A DNA stretch of 64,000 nucleotides from Macrostomum lignano (Eukaryota). The stretch covers positions 283,279 to 347,278 of the forward strand of contig NIVC01001164.1 in the NCBI GenBank assembly GCA_002269645.1. Reading direction: 5' to 3'. A model generated the notes under the pieces. It made no database searches. It saw nothing but the letters and a program-made list of their open reading frames with translations, and was not told where the DNA came from. Shown piece after piece: positions 63,785 to 64,000 of this stretch. How positions within the stretch are numbered: position 1 is the first letter of the stretch; the number at the start of each line of letters is the position of its first letter. Both the position numbers and the translations under genes were made by a program.

Positions 63785-64000
63785 ACTAGGACACAGTGAC
63801 ACTAGGACACAGTGACACTAGGACACAGTGACACTAGGACACAGTGACACTAGGACACAGTGACACTAGGACACAGTGACACTAGGACACAGTGACACTA
63901 GGACACAGTGACACTAGGACACAGTGACACTAGAACACACCGTGACACTAGGACACAGTGACACTAGGACACAGTGACTCTAGGACACAAAGACTAGGAC
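63785..64000. repeat. 16-bp repeat (GACACTAGGACACAGT)
   Basis: Tandem copies running to the window edge. Confidence 0.95.

Overview
Eukaryotic (animal) genomic DNA with spliceosomal GT-AG introns. GC-rich polyQ/polyA exons and minisatellite-filled introns resemble the flatworm Macrostomum lignano; this assignment is inference and was not verified. Host genes: the 5' exon of a CREBL2/REPTOR-BP-like bZIP gene (-, 2298-2510); an 11-exon glycine decarboxylase GLDC (-, 6339-17047); TMEM115 (+, 17614-29168), head-to-head with GLDC; and a tensin (+, about 48758 to beyond 64000; PTEN-like PTP, C2 and start of SH2). GLDC and TMEM115 each carry a single-base homopolymer deletion, probably a consensus error. 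Mobile DNA: a full-length but dead Ty3/Gypsy (Mag-like) LTR element (22696-27218, 5-bp TSD), an internally deleted P-superfamily THAP transposon (35620-37656, 116-bp TIRs, 8-bp TSD), foldback/MITE-like relics, a tRNA-derived SINE family and a CORE-like SINE fragment. More than 30 tandem arrays produce nearly all of the long ORFs in the track, which are artefacts. The most unusual signal is an AT-rich domain of about 10 kb around TMEM115 intron 1. There, satellites, inverted-repeat arms, LTRs, a decayed gene and the adjacent exon all show C>T erosion at CpG and apparently also at CpA, reminiscent of fungal RIP. All counts were made by eye.
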